Notes under the pieces: generated by a model | What the model was told of the DNA's origin: nothing | The model's input: only the letters and a program-made list of their open reading frames with translations | Database searches by the model: none | In this document: positions 38,762 to 52,288 of the stretch, one piece after another | Position numbering within the stretch: position 1 is the stretch's first letter | Layout: every line of letters starts with the position of its first letter | Position numbers and translations under genes: made by a program | Assembly (NCBI RefSeq): GCF_006345805.1 | Contig: NC_043015.1 | Span: 47,492,001-47,556,000, forward strand | DNA from: Octopus sinensis | Lineage: Eukaryota | DNA: 64,000 bases | Direction of reading: 5' to 3'

Positions 38762-38842
38762 CTAATGCCAAGAACTTAAGAAGATAATCATAATCTGCAG
38801 AGGAAGTAGGGTTGGCTGCTGCTGAAGCACCAGATTCTGGCT
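38762..38842 (-). CDS. RAB27: Rab27 GTPase, coding exon with N-terminal extension; no ATG in this exon
   Basis: Flanked by ttttattag|AG and TTAG|gtatg. Translates xPESGASAAANPTSSADYDYLLKFLALG. An alternative acceptor 2 nt downstream (38840) is possible. Confidence 0.85.
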   Translation of the reverse strand, partial: SQNLVLQQQPTLLPLQIMIIFLSSWH

Positions 38843-39324
38843 CTAATAAAAGAAACAAAAGAAAAATATTTTTAAATGCTTTGTCAACAAAGAAAATTTA
38901 TATTTTCCTAAAAGACAACATTGTTTATCAACAGAAGCAAACACAGTACTACTACTATTACTGCTACTACTACTATTACTCATATAATCTTATTAAGCAA
39001 TTTATGCTCAACCTTTAAAATTGTCAATGTAAAGAGTATACTTTTCCGTTAACAGAATTTTTTTCCATGAAAGAATATAAAATTATAATGGCTCTATTGT
39101 TTAGGGATATATTATAATGGATTCATTGTATGTGAAACTACTGGAGCAGTTTGTGACTCAAACCATTATCTCTGATGTAAGTATGATAGTCAAAAAGAAT
39201 AGAGATTCTTCCTGTTGCACCTGTCTTTTATTTATTATTATTATTATTTTTTTGGTATACTATCCTTCAGTATATTGTTAGTTCACTAGTTCTTCTTCTT
39301 CTTCTTATTATTATTATTATTATT

Positions 39325-39849
39325 AAAGCGGCAAGCTGGGAGAATTGTTAGCATGCTAAGCAAAATGTTTAGTGGCATTTCGTCCATTTTTATGTTCTAA
39401 GTTCAAATTCCACCAAAGTCAACTTTGCCATTCATCCTTTCAGGGACAATTAAATAAGTATCAGTTACACACTGGGGTCAATGTAATCGACTAACTCCTA
39501 CCCACAAATTTCAGGCCTTGTGCCTATAGTAGAAAGGATCATCATCATCATCATCAATCGACTTACTACTCCCCACAAATTTCAGGCCTTGTGCCTATAG
39601 TAGAAAGGATCGTCATCGTCATCATCATCATTATTAAGGTGGTGAGCTGGCAGAATCATTAGCACGCTGGGTGAAATGCTTAGCAGTATTTTGTCTGCCG
39701 CTATGTTCTGAGTTCAAATTCCGCTGAGGTCAACTTTGCCTTTCATCCTTTTGGGGTCGATGAAATAAGTACCTGTTGAGTATTGGGGGTCGATGTAATT
39801 GACTATCCCCCTCCCCCAAATTTCAGGCCTTGTGCCTACAGTAGAAAGG

Positions 39850-39884
<35 letters not shown>

Positions 39885-40415
39885 CATTATTAACAGCATT
39901 TCTTCCATCTCTTTTCAAATAACACCAAGGTCAACTTTGCCTTTCGGTGTTTTGGTGGGGTTGATAAATTAACTACCAGTTGACCACTGGGTCCAATGTA
40001 ATCAGCTACCCCACTCACCACAAATTTCAGGGTCTTGTACTTATAGCAGAAAGGATTATTATTATCATTATTATCATCATCATCATCATCATTAAGGCAG
40101 CAAGTTGGCAGAATTGGTAGCATGCTGGATAAAACAATTAGTAGTATTTCACCTGTAGCTACATTCCGAGTTCAAATTCCATTGAGGTCAACTTTGCCTT
40201 TCATCCTTTCAGGGTTGATAGAATGAGTACCAGTTGAGCACTGGGGTCAATGTTATCGGCTTAGCCCCTACCCTGAACTTGCTGGCCTTGTGCCAAAATT
40301 TGAAATTGTTATTATCAATATTATTATTATTAAGTACCAGTGAAACACTGAGGTCAATGTAATCAACTGGTCCCCTCCCCCAAAATTTCAGGCTTTGTGC
40401 CTGTAACAGAAAGGA
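39325..40415 (+). repeat. Second head-to-tail array of family B-like SINE units with (ATT/CAT)n spacers
   Basis: Repeated GGCAAGCTGG...AGAAAGGAT(TAT)n units, some partial. Confidence 0.75.
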
Positions 40416-40420
40416 TTATT

Positions 40421-40759
40421 ATTACTTCCACCTTAGTGAATGTGGAGGTATTGTTTTCAGTTGTACTTGTTTATTTGTTTGTCCATGGACAAGATATCTC
40501 AAGAACTGCTGGACGGATTTGGATGAAACTTTCAGGGATGTTTGACCTTGTGACTGGCATGAACTGATTAGATTTTAGGATCAATCCAGTACCGGACAAA
40601 GATTCTGGATTATTTTTCTGGTTTTTTTTTTTACTTAACTTTTGAGAGCAGTCAAGTTCATTTCAGATATTCTCATTTTAAAAATCATCTTTGGCTAATC
40701 ATTGAGAGGACATTAGTATTGTCTTGGTGGATGTTTGTGCTCTCTGAGTGTCCTTCTAG
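40421..40759 (+). mobile_element. Helentron/HINE-like non-autonomous element
   Basis: 5' ATTACTTCCACC...GTGGAGGTA, internal GGATTTGGATGAAACTT, 3' CTTGGTGGATG...CTCTCTGAGTG...CTAG. This is the typical architecture of the class. Confidence 0.65.
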
Positions 40760-42205
40760 CAAACTGAGACCACAATTTTATTTCAGTTCCCTGATAAAGT
40801 CTCTTACAAGACTAATGCACAAGAAAACCAGAATATACACTCTGTCATCTACTGAAAATGTCATATCTATATAAAGAAGAAACATTGATAGAATTATAGA
40901 GCACAAATGCACAAAATCACAATAAATTGTAGAATTAATTTCCTCAGAGATTTTCCTGATATTTTTTATAAATATGAATATATAAGACAGGTAGAAATTA
41001 CATTGGAAAACATCTTTAAATTGCCTTCTGGTATTTGGTTTCAAATTTTGGTACAAGGCCAACAATTTCAGGGGAGGAGGTAAGCCAATTACATCAACCC
41101 CAGTATTCAACTGGTACTTGTTTTATCATTGATAGGCGGCGAGCTGGCAGAAACGTTAGCACGCCGGGCGAAGTGCTTAGCGGTATTTCGTCTGCGTTAC
41201 GTTGTGAGTTCAAATTCCGCCAAGGTCGACTTTGCCTTTCATCCTTTCGGGGTCGATAAATTAAGTACCAGTTACGCACTGGGGTCGATATAATCGACTT
41301 TAATACCTATGTCTGTCCTTGTTTGTCCCCTCTGTGTTTAGCCCCTTGTGGGTAATAAAGAAATAGGTACTTGTTTTATCAACCCTGAAAGGAAGAAAGG
41401 CAGTTGACCGTGGCAGAATTTGAGCTCAAAACACGAAGACGGATGAAATGTTGCTAAGCAATTATTTGCCTGGCATGCTAACGAGTCTGCCAGCTTGCTA
41501 CCATTCATTTTAAGCAATATTCTGGCAACAAAACTCACAAAGTATCACAAATACAAAATTGTGTAGACACTTTTCAATATGAAAACTATTTATTGAACAT
41601 TCCAATTAACAACAGAAGCAAAAATAAAAAGTATTATAAAAGTAAAACAAATACAGGCATTGTTATGGAAGTCAACTGCCATAACAATGCCTCCATAGTA
41701 AATTCAGCATCCAAAACCAGCAAAACAAAAAAAACAACATATTATTAACAACTGCATAAAATTTGAAAGCTTCTATATGTTGATAAATTCACATTTGAAT
41801 GTTATTGAAGACATACCAAGTACATAGATAGATTATAAAGTTAGGGTGTTTTCAGAGAAGTACTCTACCCAAATATTGGGTTATTAACACTGTCTGGTTC
41901 CAGGCCAATGCTGGGCTTCTCAGGTGAAGAAAATCCAAGTCTCACGATGTTCAAACCATAAAGTGGGTTTGGCAAAGGGTAAATAATCCAAATAATAATA
42001 AGACAAGGAAAATTTTTTAACACATCTTCAATGATTTGTTACAATTGTTTCTGTACCAACTTTACTTGCAACACCAGTTTATGCAAAATTCAAACAGAAA
42101 ATTTATGTAATGTTTGCAGCTTTAGAAATTAGAGAGGCACTTCATCAGACTTGCATGAAAAGTGTAAAGAATTTTCTTTGCTTTTTTATTATCTAGATTA
42201 CATTG

Positions 42206-42241
<36 letters not shown>

Positions 42242-43113
42242 TATATATATAAATAATATATATATGAATATATACATACATATGGAGGCGCAATGGCCCA
42301 GTGGTTAGGGCAGCGGATTCGCGGTCGGAGGATCGTCGTTTCAATTCCCAGACCGGGCGTTGTGTGTGTTTATTGAGCAAAAACACCTAAAGCTCCACGA
42401 GGCTCCAGCAGGGGGTGGTGCGACCCCCTGTTGTACTCTTTTGCCCCAACTTTCTCTCACTCTTTCTTCCTGTTTCTTGAGTAACGCTGCGATGGACTGG
42501 CATCACATCCAGCTGGGGGGAACACATATGCCATAGAAACCGAGAAACTGGGCCCATGAGCCTAGTTAGGCTTGAAAAGGGCACATAAATAAATAAATAA
42601 TACATACATATATGTACATACCTACATATACATGTATATATACATGCATGTATGGTTACAGGGTGTCAAAAAAACATGAACAAAATGAGAAACAAGAATA
42701 TAAAACATGAACAAATTGAGAAACAAGAACATAAAAAACAAAAACATGGAAAATGACCTTTTTTTCGAACAACGAAAGAAACAAATAGAGAAATGAGACA
42801 GGGTACAACTGATGAAGGGAATGTTCTTAAATATTCCCTTCATCAGTTGTCCCCTGTTTTATCTACTCCGTGTTTCGAACGTAGGGACATATACATATAT
42901 ATAGGTTAGTAGAGTTAGAGGCTTAAATAACCATCTAAGGGATAAAAATATCTGTTGTAAAGATGTGCATGACCACCCTTGGACGGTTTTGAATGACCGT
43001 AGAAAGTGCAAGCCCTCAAACTGAAAAATTGCGGATTTGTATAAAGGATACACACACACACACACATACACACATACACAGACAGACATTTTGCCGTTTA
43101 TATATATAGAGAC

Positions 43114-43147
<34 letters not shown>

Positions 43148-44211
43148 TAATAATAATAATAATGATGATGATGATCATCATCATCATCATTTAACGTCCG
43201 CTTTCCATGCTAGCATGGGTTGGACGGTTCAACTGGTGTCTGGGGAGCCCGAAGGCTGCACCAGGCCAGTCAGATCTGGCAGTGATAATAATAATAATAA
43301 TAATCATTTCTACTATAGGCACAAGGCCTGAAATTTGTGGGCAGGAGATAAGTCGATTACATCGACACCAGGGTGTAACTGGTACTTATTTTATTGACTC
43401 TGGAAACATGAAAGACAAAGTAGACCTTGGTGGAATTTGAACTCAGAATGTAAAGATGGACAAAATGCCACAAGGCATTTTGCTCACCATGCTAATGATT
43501 CTGCCAGCTGGCCACCTTAAATAAGAATATTTGTTGTAGTAGTGGTGGTGGTGGTGGTGGTAGTAGTAGTAGTAGCAGCAGTAGCAGCAACAGCAACAAC
43601 AGCAAAAACAACAACAACTTGTGTAAGATGAGACAATATCAATGACGTGAGTAAAAATCTGAAGGCCTTATTTATAAAATATTTCCCTTCTTAAAATCCT
43701 GTCATTATTGGATATTTTCTTTCTTCTTCTTTCAATACAAACACATACAAAACAATTAAAAGGCTGAACCAAGATAGACTTGTGTACTTGCTGATCTCCT
43801 TTTGCTTCATAATACATAATTCAGAATTTGTCCTGTCAACTGTAATGTATTTACATTTGTATTATACGAAAACAATGCAAATATTAATGACAGATTTTAA
43901 AGAATGGAAGTATTCAGAGAACCATTTCAGTTGTCTTAGACGTCATATCCCAGCAATATATTGCTATTATTTTTTTTTATTTTTCCTTTTCATTCTATTT
44001 TTTTATCTTTTGTAAGAAAACCAGACAAACACCTCATCACCTGCCAATCGTCTGGTGAGCATCCATGTCAGATAGATAACATCTTCAACAGGAAATGGGA
44101 CAAACAATTCATTGTAAATACCAGAAGTTTTCCTGGTGAATCATGTACTGCCCACCATATATTTGAGGCTGGCTGGTGACTTCAGAGTGAGAGCCAAGCA
44201 GACACAGAAAC

Positions 44212-44628
44212 AGGCGCAGGAGTGGCTGTGTGGTAAGTAGCTTGCTTACCAACCACATGGTTCTGGGTTCAGTCCCACTGCATGGCACCTTGGGCAAGTG
44301 TCTTCTACTATAGCCTCGGGCTGACCAAAGCCTTGTGAGTGGATTTGGTAGACGGAAACTGAAAGAAGCCCGTCGTATATATGTATATATGTATATATAT
44401 GTGTGTGCATGTATGTTTGTGTGTCTGTGTTTGTCCCTCTAGCATTGCTTGACAACCGATGCTGGTGTGTTTATGTCCCCGTCACTTAGCGGTTCGGCAA
44501 AAGAGACCGATAGAATAAGTACTGGGCTTACAAAGAATAAGTCCCGGGGTCGAGTTGCTCGACTAAAGGCAGTGCTCCAGCATGGCCACAGTCAACTGAC
44601 TGAAACAAGTAAAAGAGTAAAGAGTAAA
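44212..44628 (+). mobile_element. tRNA-derived SINE family A (~400 bp, CORE-like segment, central TA/TG tract); representative copy
   Basis: GGCGCAGGAGTGGCTGTGTGG head, GGCACCTTGGGCAAGTG (MIR/CORE-like) and (AAAGAGT)n tail. About 20 copies, e.g. 2610, 20553, 21671, 22196, 23042, 24385, 25911, 29569, 30054, 35337, 53334, 55865, 58637. Confidence 0.9.
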
Positions 44629-44759
44629 GATAGATGACATGGAGAAGGAAGACATGGGGGCTAAAAGATCAAGGTCTAGGGAAATTCTAATTGATGTTTA
44701 CGACTGTAGGGAGTAAAATTTGGTTACCTGTAGCAAAGATGACAACTAGGTACTTCTAC

Positions 44760-45940
44760 TTAATAACATGTTTTAAACTATAGATCAGGCATGTGGATGG
44801 GGCAAAGGTCCAACCAAACTGAAGGCGATATGGTGGTGGAATGACACAATTGATAGGTCAGTAAAAGCTAAGGGATAGGCTTGGAAAATGCTGAAGGAAA
44901 GTAGTAACAGGAAACATTATCAAATGGTTACAAGAATAGCGAAGTGACAGGTATACTCGGCTAAAGCTGAGATAGAAAGGAAGAGATTTTCAAATGTCTT
45001 GTAATGTCAAAATAAGAGGTGGGAAGTGTCCAAGACTGCAAGACAATGTGTGAAAGAAAACAGAGACATCATTCATGAGAAGAACATCTAGAATAATGAA
45101 AGCATAGTTGCCATCAATATGGAAGACAAGAAGGTGGCATGGAAATACTATTACAAGAGGCTGTTGAATGAGGTGAATACATGGAATGAAAAATGGTTTA
45201 ATTCATGCTGAGAGGAACCAGTAGTTTGATGGATCAAACTATTTAACCCTTTCGTTACTGTATTTCTGTTGAGATGCTCTGTGTTTCTTTCAATTACTTT
45301 AAATATAACAAAAAGTTTAGTAAAATAACTTAGTTATCATTAAACTAGTGTTAGGAACATAAATTGTGACTAAAGTTTGATGGAAGATTTTAATTCAAAA
45401 CTTATAAAAACAAGACATTTGTACTCAGAGCCAGAGCCTGTTTCAGCCAGGTTGGTAATGAAAGGGTTAAGGACATGAAGAGAGGGAAAGTTGTAGGTCC
45501 ATTGGGGATAGTTGCAAAGATGCTCAAAATATCTGGTGATATTTAGTCTTATGAAATAAGTCGTACACCATCATCAACAGCTCGACTAAAGATTGAGCAA
45601 AGTGTCAATGCTCTACAAAAGTTGGAATACTGTCCATCTTTCACAATAGATACTGTTTGAGCCTTAACTTCAAATACTGATCACAGGTAGAACTAATACA
45701 TTATTACCACACAGATAGTTAATTGAGTAATATAGGAAGGTGTCACACCCAATGACTGGCATAGCAGTATCATCATAAACCGCTACAAAGGCAAAGAAGA
45801 TTCATTAGAGAAAGGAAATTATAACAGTATCAAACTGCTGGATCGGGTTATGAAGGTCACAGAGAAAGTCATAACACAAATGGTTCATGATAGAATAAAT
45901 CTAAATAAGACGCAATTTGATTTTGTGCCCAGCAGACATA
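44760..45940 (+). pseudogene. Heavily decayed RTE-like LINE ORF2 (N-terminal RT region), interrupted by a piggyBac-type MITE
   Basis: Fragments WWWNDTID, KVAWKYYYKRLLNE, PNDWHSSIIINRYKGKED, YNSIKLLDRVMKVTEKVI, QFDFVPSR. Confidence 0.75.
45247..45466. mobile_element. piggyBac-type MITE, subfamily 1
   Basis: TTAA TSDs and the same body as 44-265. Confidence 0.88.
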
Positions 45941-46559
45941 TCATTCCTCACAGCATATTAATATATATCATTCTATTCATTTTACTGAATATCATTTTAA
46001 GTATTTCTTAAGCCCCTCTTTCTTTCATTTCATCCACCAACACCAGACAGTATGTCTTTTTATAAATTTGATATGCATGAAAGCTACATATATGTCGGCT
46101 CCAATGCAATCCTTTCTCATGCATACATAAACTAATTGCTTTGACAACATGCAGATGTGTATCAAACATGTTCCTCATCGTCATCATCATTTAAAGTCCA
46201 TTTTCCATGCTGGCATGAATTGGACAACTTGAGAGGAGTTGGCAAGGTCAGGGAATTCCACAGTCTGTTTTGGCTTAGTTTCCACAGCTGGATACTCTTC
46301 CTAATGCCAAACACTTTACAGAGTGTACTGGCTGCCTTTCACATGCTTTAAATGTGGCACCATCACCAGAGCTTTTTATGTGACATCATCAACAGTGCTT
46401 TATCAATAGAATTGTATGATACATCAAACTTTTCCAATATACTCCCAACTGCCAGTCATTCATAAAAAGAGTGAGGTGCTGAGGTAATAACTGCTCCACA
46501 GAATACTGTCCGTCTTTCACAACAGATACTATTTGAGCCTTAACTTCAAAGACTGACCA

Positions 46560-46830
46560 CAGGTAGAACTAATTTGTTTAAGATCAGTCTTAGACAGTTT
46601 AACTAGAGGAACATTTTTGAGGTAGTGAGCAGCTGCCTCATCGCATTCTCCTGGACTCCTTCAATGTCTTGAAATCTCGTTGGTGGTCTTCCACCTCGGA
46701 GAGTGACCCTTGGTTTCTGGGTCATAGCCATCGACCTACAATTCATCACCCGTTATGACTGTTTGTAAAAGGTTTACATCTTCTTTGACACAATCAAGAA
46801 AATCCTGCACAGCTGAAATCCAATCTTGTT
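46560..46830 (-). pseudogene. Old mariner fragment with an internal deletion
   Basis: Minus-strand translation LQTVITGDEL*VDGYDPETKGHSPRWKT (first catalytic D region) is joined directly to a C-terminal-like RFQDIEGVQENA. Confidence 0.65.
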
Positions 46831-47684
46831 TTTGAGGCGACCACACTCTACACACTTTACTTCCAAGCACTGCCATAAACAACAGAAGTGAGTGAGGTTG
46901 TTATAGCTTAGTATGTATGCGCAACAAAGTTCAAAGTTAATCTGTGTCAAGCAGTTTCACTCTGCATACTTTCGCTCTGTTACCATAGCAACAGTCCCAA
47001 TATTTTTTTATCAGACCATGGGTGTGTGTGTGTGTGTGTGTGTGTATATCATCATTATCATCATCATCATCGTCTAACATCCGCTTTCCATGCTAGCATG
47101 AGTTGGATGATTTAACTGAGGACTGGCTAACCAGATGGCTGCACCAGGCTCCAATCTGATCTGGCAGAGTTTCTACAGCTGGATGCCCTTCCTAATGCCA
47201 ACCACTCCAAGAATGTAGTGGGTGCTTTACGTGCCAGTCAGGCGGTACTTGCAACGGCCACGCTCACATGGTGCTTTTTACGTGCCACCTGCACAGGAGA
47301 AAGTCCAGCGGCACTGGCAACGACCTCGCTCAAATGTTTTTTCAAGTGCCAGTAAGGTGACGCTGCTAATGGTGAAGCTCGAATGGTGCTTATTACGTGC
47401 CACTGGCATGGAAACCAGTTTGCTGCTCTTGCAACGCTCATGCTTGGATGGTGTTCTTAGCACTCCACTAGCACAGATGCCAGTCATCGAATTTGATTTC
47501 GATTTCACTTGCCTCAACAGGTCTTCGCAAGCAGAGTTTAGTGTCCAATAAAGGAAAGGTATGCATAAGTAGGCTGGTTACACCCCTGGCATAGGCGTGT
47601 ATGTGTGTGTGTGTGTGGTCACCACTTGACAACCAGTGTTGGTTTGTTTACAGCACTGTAATTTAATAGGTCAGCAAAAGAAAC

Positions 47685-48150
47685 TGATCATCATCATCAT
47701 TGTTCGACCATGGTCGAGACAGTGGAATTTACTATGTTATGCCAGACTTCACGGTCTGGCATTACGGAGGTCCTGTTGCTGGATGCCTGTATCCCTGGAG
47801 ATAACATCAGGTTAGGAGAGTGTGCACCCTCTGGTATTGCGAGCAGATGGCTTCCAGAGGAGAAGAGTAGAAATTGCCTCGTTTTCAGCTCTACAACAAT
47901 GTCCAGCAAACTGGACTCTTCTACCTTTCACAAGAGATGATACAAGTGGTAGTTTCTTATATATTTGTACTTTGATTGGATGATGCTTCCACAAGAGATT
48001 TTGAGCTCTCATAAGGAGGTGAGTGTAGGTTCCATCCAACCACCTCTCAAGCTTCTTTGATAACGTCCAGGTTTCTGAGCCATATAGTAGAATTGGTTCG
48101 ACTGTGGCTTTGAAGATTTTAAGTTTGAAATCTCTACTTAGATTTGAAAC
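47685..48150 (-). mobile_element. 3' fragment of a second non-LTR retrotransposon family (RTE-like)
   Basis: LKIFKATVEPILLYGSETWTLSK, VQFAGHCCRAENE and a stop, followed by a (GAT)n tail at about 47687-47700. Confidence 0.8.
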
Positions 48151-49627
48151 TGATAGAATAAGTATCAGACTCTAGGAATAAGAACTGGCAATGCTTTTTT
48201 TTTTGCAGACATTATTTAAGGCAATGATCTGGCGTGGCTGCAGTCCAATGACCGAAAGAAGTGAAAGATAAGAGAGTTACTAAAAATGCGAGGGAGTGTC
48301 AATGGTTCCCACTTATTTACGTTTTCTATCCTGTAACTTCATACCTTCCAGTGCCTTGAGAGTAAAATTAGTACAGAAAAACTATACTGAAGTCCGTTGT
48401 GCATGTGTGTGTATATATGTGCATGTGCGTGTGTGTGTGTGTATAAATGCTAATGTTTCATGTCTTTATATGACACCATTTGAAGCAAACAGCAATGTCA
48501 TGCTTAGATTTGCTGTAATCAATATATCTTGTAACTCTGTACTTTCAAGGACAGATAAAACAAAAAAAAATTCTTTCATTGAGGAACAGATAAGAGTTGG
48601 CAGCAGGAAAGGTACCTAATTGTAAAATACTACCTCAAGTCCATACCTGTATGGAAAACCAAATGTAGAACAGGAATGATGATATATATATATATATATA
48701 TCATCATCATCATCATCATCATTTAACGTCCTCTTTCCATGCTGGCATGGGTTGGACGGTTCAACTGGGGTCTGGGAAGCCAGAAGGCTGCACCAGGCCC
48801 AGTCTGATCTGGCAGTGTTTCTACAGCTGGATGCCCTTCCTAACGCCAACCACTCCGTGAGTGTAGTGGGTGCTTTTTACGTGCCACCGACACAGGTGCC
48901 AGACGGGGCTGGCAGACGGCCATGATCGGATGGTGCTTTTTACGTGCCACCGGCACGGGGACCAGATGAAGCTGATCAAGTGTAAAAGGGGGAGGCCGAA
49001 GGTCACTTGAACATAAACATTTCAAAATGACCCAAAGACAGTTGTCATTATGTGGAAAGGATGTGCAAGAGTAGCAGCCAAATGGACCTTAGTATTTAGC
49101 TTAATTGGCGCTTGCTGCCCAGTGCACTGAGCATTGCAAAAAAACCTACAGCTAAAAAGTTGAAAGTCCTGTAGGTGCTAGAGTTTTATTACAGTTACAT
49201 TGTATTTAGTTGATGAAAGACAAATCTTTCTCTAGATTGGATGCTACTAAAGAGCAAGTGACATTCCTAAAACAGGTGGCACTAGTTTTCTTTTGTCACC
49301 TTTACAGCACTTCAGTCCTCAAGACTGCAACCCCACTGAATACACTCCCACCCCTTGTTATACATATGTTCAAATAGAACATCAACTACCTCAATATATA
49401 TATATCATCATTTGACGACGTCTGTCTTCTATGCTGGCATGGGTGGGATGGTTTGACAAGAGCTGGCCAGGCAGCTTCTGTGACTGCTTTGGAAGGATTT
49501 TTATGGCTGGATGCCCTTCCTAACACCAACCACTCAGCAGAGTGGACTTAGCGCTTTTTGCGTGGCACAAGCACAGAGAAGGTCAGTTTTGGCAAGGTTT
49601 TTACAGCTAGATGCTCTTCCAAATGCC

Positions 49628-49630
49628 AAC

Positions 49631-49678
<48 letters not shown>

Positions 49679-50065
49679 CATACATATATATATACACATA
49701 TATATATATACATATATATATACATACATATATACATACATATATATAGATACACATATGCATATATATAAATATATATATATACATATATATAGATACA
49801 CATATGCATATATATATATATATATATATACATATACACATATGCATATATATAAATATATATATATACATATATATACATATACATGTATATATATACA
49901 TATATATATATATATACATATAAACATATATACACATATACATATATATATATATACATACATATATACATGTATATACATATACATATATACATGTATA
50001 TACATATATATACATATACATATATATACACACATACATATAAACACATACACACACACACACTC
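49628..50065. repeat. Compound (CA/TA)n microsatellite, ~440 bp
   Basis: Seen directly; it is the source of the spurious YI-repeat ORFs. Confidence 0.95.
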
Positions 50066-50860
50066 ACAAACTCACTTCTATATTTGTATTAAGCCTTAAT
50101 ACAGAAATAAAGAATCTTTATTCTCATAGTTCAATATTTATGTACACTTATACACATAATATATACGTTTTATACATACTTTATATATATATATATATAT
50201 ATAATTCTGCCCAAGAAACTTAATATATTTCAATTTCTCTCCCATTTTTGAAATAAAAGAAAAATATGCCTCTCTTGCCCCTTTTCAGGAATTTTCAACT
50301 AATTTGCAGCTATTACCTATTTAGTGACACTGATTTAGTTCAACTAAATATTAAAAAAAAAACAACAAACTACTCAACTTTTCATCTTTGTCATCATTAG
50401 AGCCAGTGGGGATAGTTTCTTCTATTGCAAATCCTGAAATCATAAAAAAAAAAAAACTAATTCATTAGTTTGTTAACCACAATTTTTTAATTAATATGAT
50501 GAGATGGCCAGTTTCAAAACACAAGCTAATGCGAAATTTGCAGAATTTGGAAGAATTTCAATTTGCCAAGCAGACTATTTATTTATGCCTAGAGAGAAGT
50601 AATTTAGGTGCAGTTAATTAAGCAGAGTTTAGAAAGTTAATATGTTGTGAGAAAGCATGGAAAAAATGGTCCTTCCATGTGTAATAGCTCTTAAAATGAA
50701 AAATATTTAATGCATAGTGCAGAATTTTGTGGGTTAAACAAACGATAAAAATTTGGTAATATTCATTTCTTAATACCGAGTACCCACCCGACCTAGTCTT
50801 TGGTTTTATAAGTGGGGGCAGTACCCAGCCAACCCTCTCTTTGGTTTTATAAATGGGAGA

Positions 50861-52288
50861 TTCCACCTAATTGTGAACCAAGCTTAAAAGGTGGTGTCTT
50901 TGAAACTGCCTGAAATTGTTCCTAAGTGAAGTAGTTCTTATACCTATTCAATCCTGAAAACTTTAGCTCTTAACTATGTATGGTTCTGATTTGAAGGGCA
51001 TTCAGAGTCGGGGGCTGAGCCAAATTTGAGGATTTAAGCTAAATTTGGAACCGTATTTAATGCCTAATATCTCAGGATTGAGACATTTTCAACCTTTAAA
51101 ATTTTGTACATGCAACTTATTCCAGGAATAAATTATAAATAAATAATAATGAAAGATTGTACATGCCTCGATTGTTTTACAGATGATACTAAAAATGAGA
51201 AAAAAATTTCAAATTGAGAGATTTTTCGGATTTTGGCACCTGTAAAAAAGTTTTTGGTAATTAAGCCGATTACATTCTGAAAAAGACACAGATGTCAAGT
51301 GCATCACCCAAGTTTAGATCTGGAATTATTAATCATTGAAAAATGGCCTTTTGAAGCATCCAACATTGGATTTTCACTCATTTCTGCACAATGCTACTCT
51401 GTACAAAGTTTTCCATGTAATTTTGTACCTGGATTTTAGGGTCAATTTATTGCCTATTTTAGAGGCAAATGATTTTGTGTTAAAGAGCTGAAACCCTTTT
51501 TATAAAAAAATCTATGTTCTTTTGATCATTTTTCAAAGAAAATCTTTTTAGAAAAAGTTAAAAACAAATGGTGCCACATTAGATTTCTTGGAGGGGGCAA
51601 AATATGGTGAATTTGAGCTTTAGGTCACTCTTCGATGAGCAATAATTCCAGATTTAAATATTTTCAATGTCGAAATTTTGGTAGAATAATAGATATTTGT
51701 GTCTTCTTTCAAAATGTGAATGTTTTAATTTCTTTAAACTGTCTACAGAGTGCCAAAATCCAACCAATTCTCACATTTTGAAATTTAAAAAAAAAATTAT
51801 TAGAATCACCTGGATAAGAATTGGGACATCTATAGTCATTCATCATTATTTTGTAATTTATTCTTGGAGCAGGTTGCATGTACAAAGTTTCAAAGCTTGA
51901 AAATGTCACATTCCTGCAATTTCAGTGATCAACAGGTACTTATTTTATTGCTTTTGAGGTGGTGAAAGGCAAGGTTGACCTCAGCAGAATTTGAACTCAG
52001 AATGTAAAGACAGATAAAATGTTGCTAAGCATTTTGCCTGGCATGCTAATGATTCTCCCAACTCGCTGTCTTAAACCTTGAAATATTAAACCTTAAATAT
52101 GGCCCCAAATTCAGCTTTAACTCTCAAAATTGGCTCATCCCCACTACCTTGAATGCTCATAAAACCATAACCATATATAGCTAGGAGCTGAAATTTTCAG
52201 GATTGACTAGGTATAAGGACTAGTTAGGAAAAATTTCAAGCAAGCTGAAAGACACCACTTTTCAAGTTTGATTCACAATAAGATGGAA
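50861..52288. mobile_element. Old, diverged ~1.4-kb foldback element with a SINE B fragment in the right arm
   Basis: Blocks such as CCACCTAATTGTGAA/TTCACAATAAGATGG, TTTTGTACATGCAAC/GTTGCATGTACAAAG and TTTAGATCTGGAATTATT/AATAATTCCAGATTTAAA are colinear in inverted order. Confidence 0.75.
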
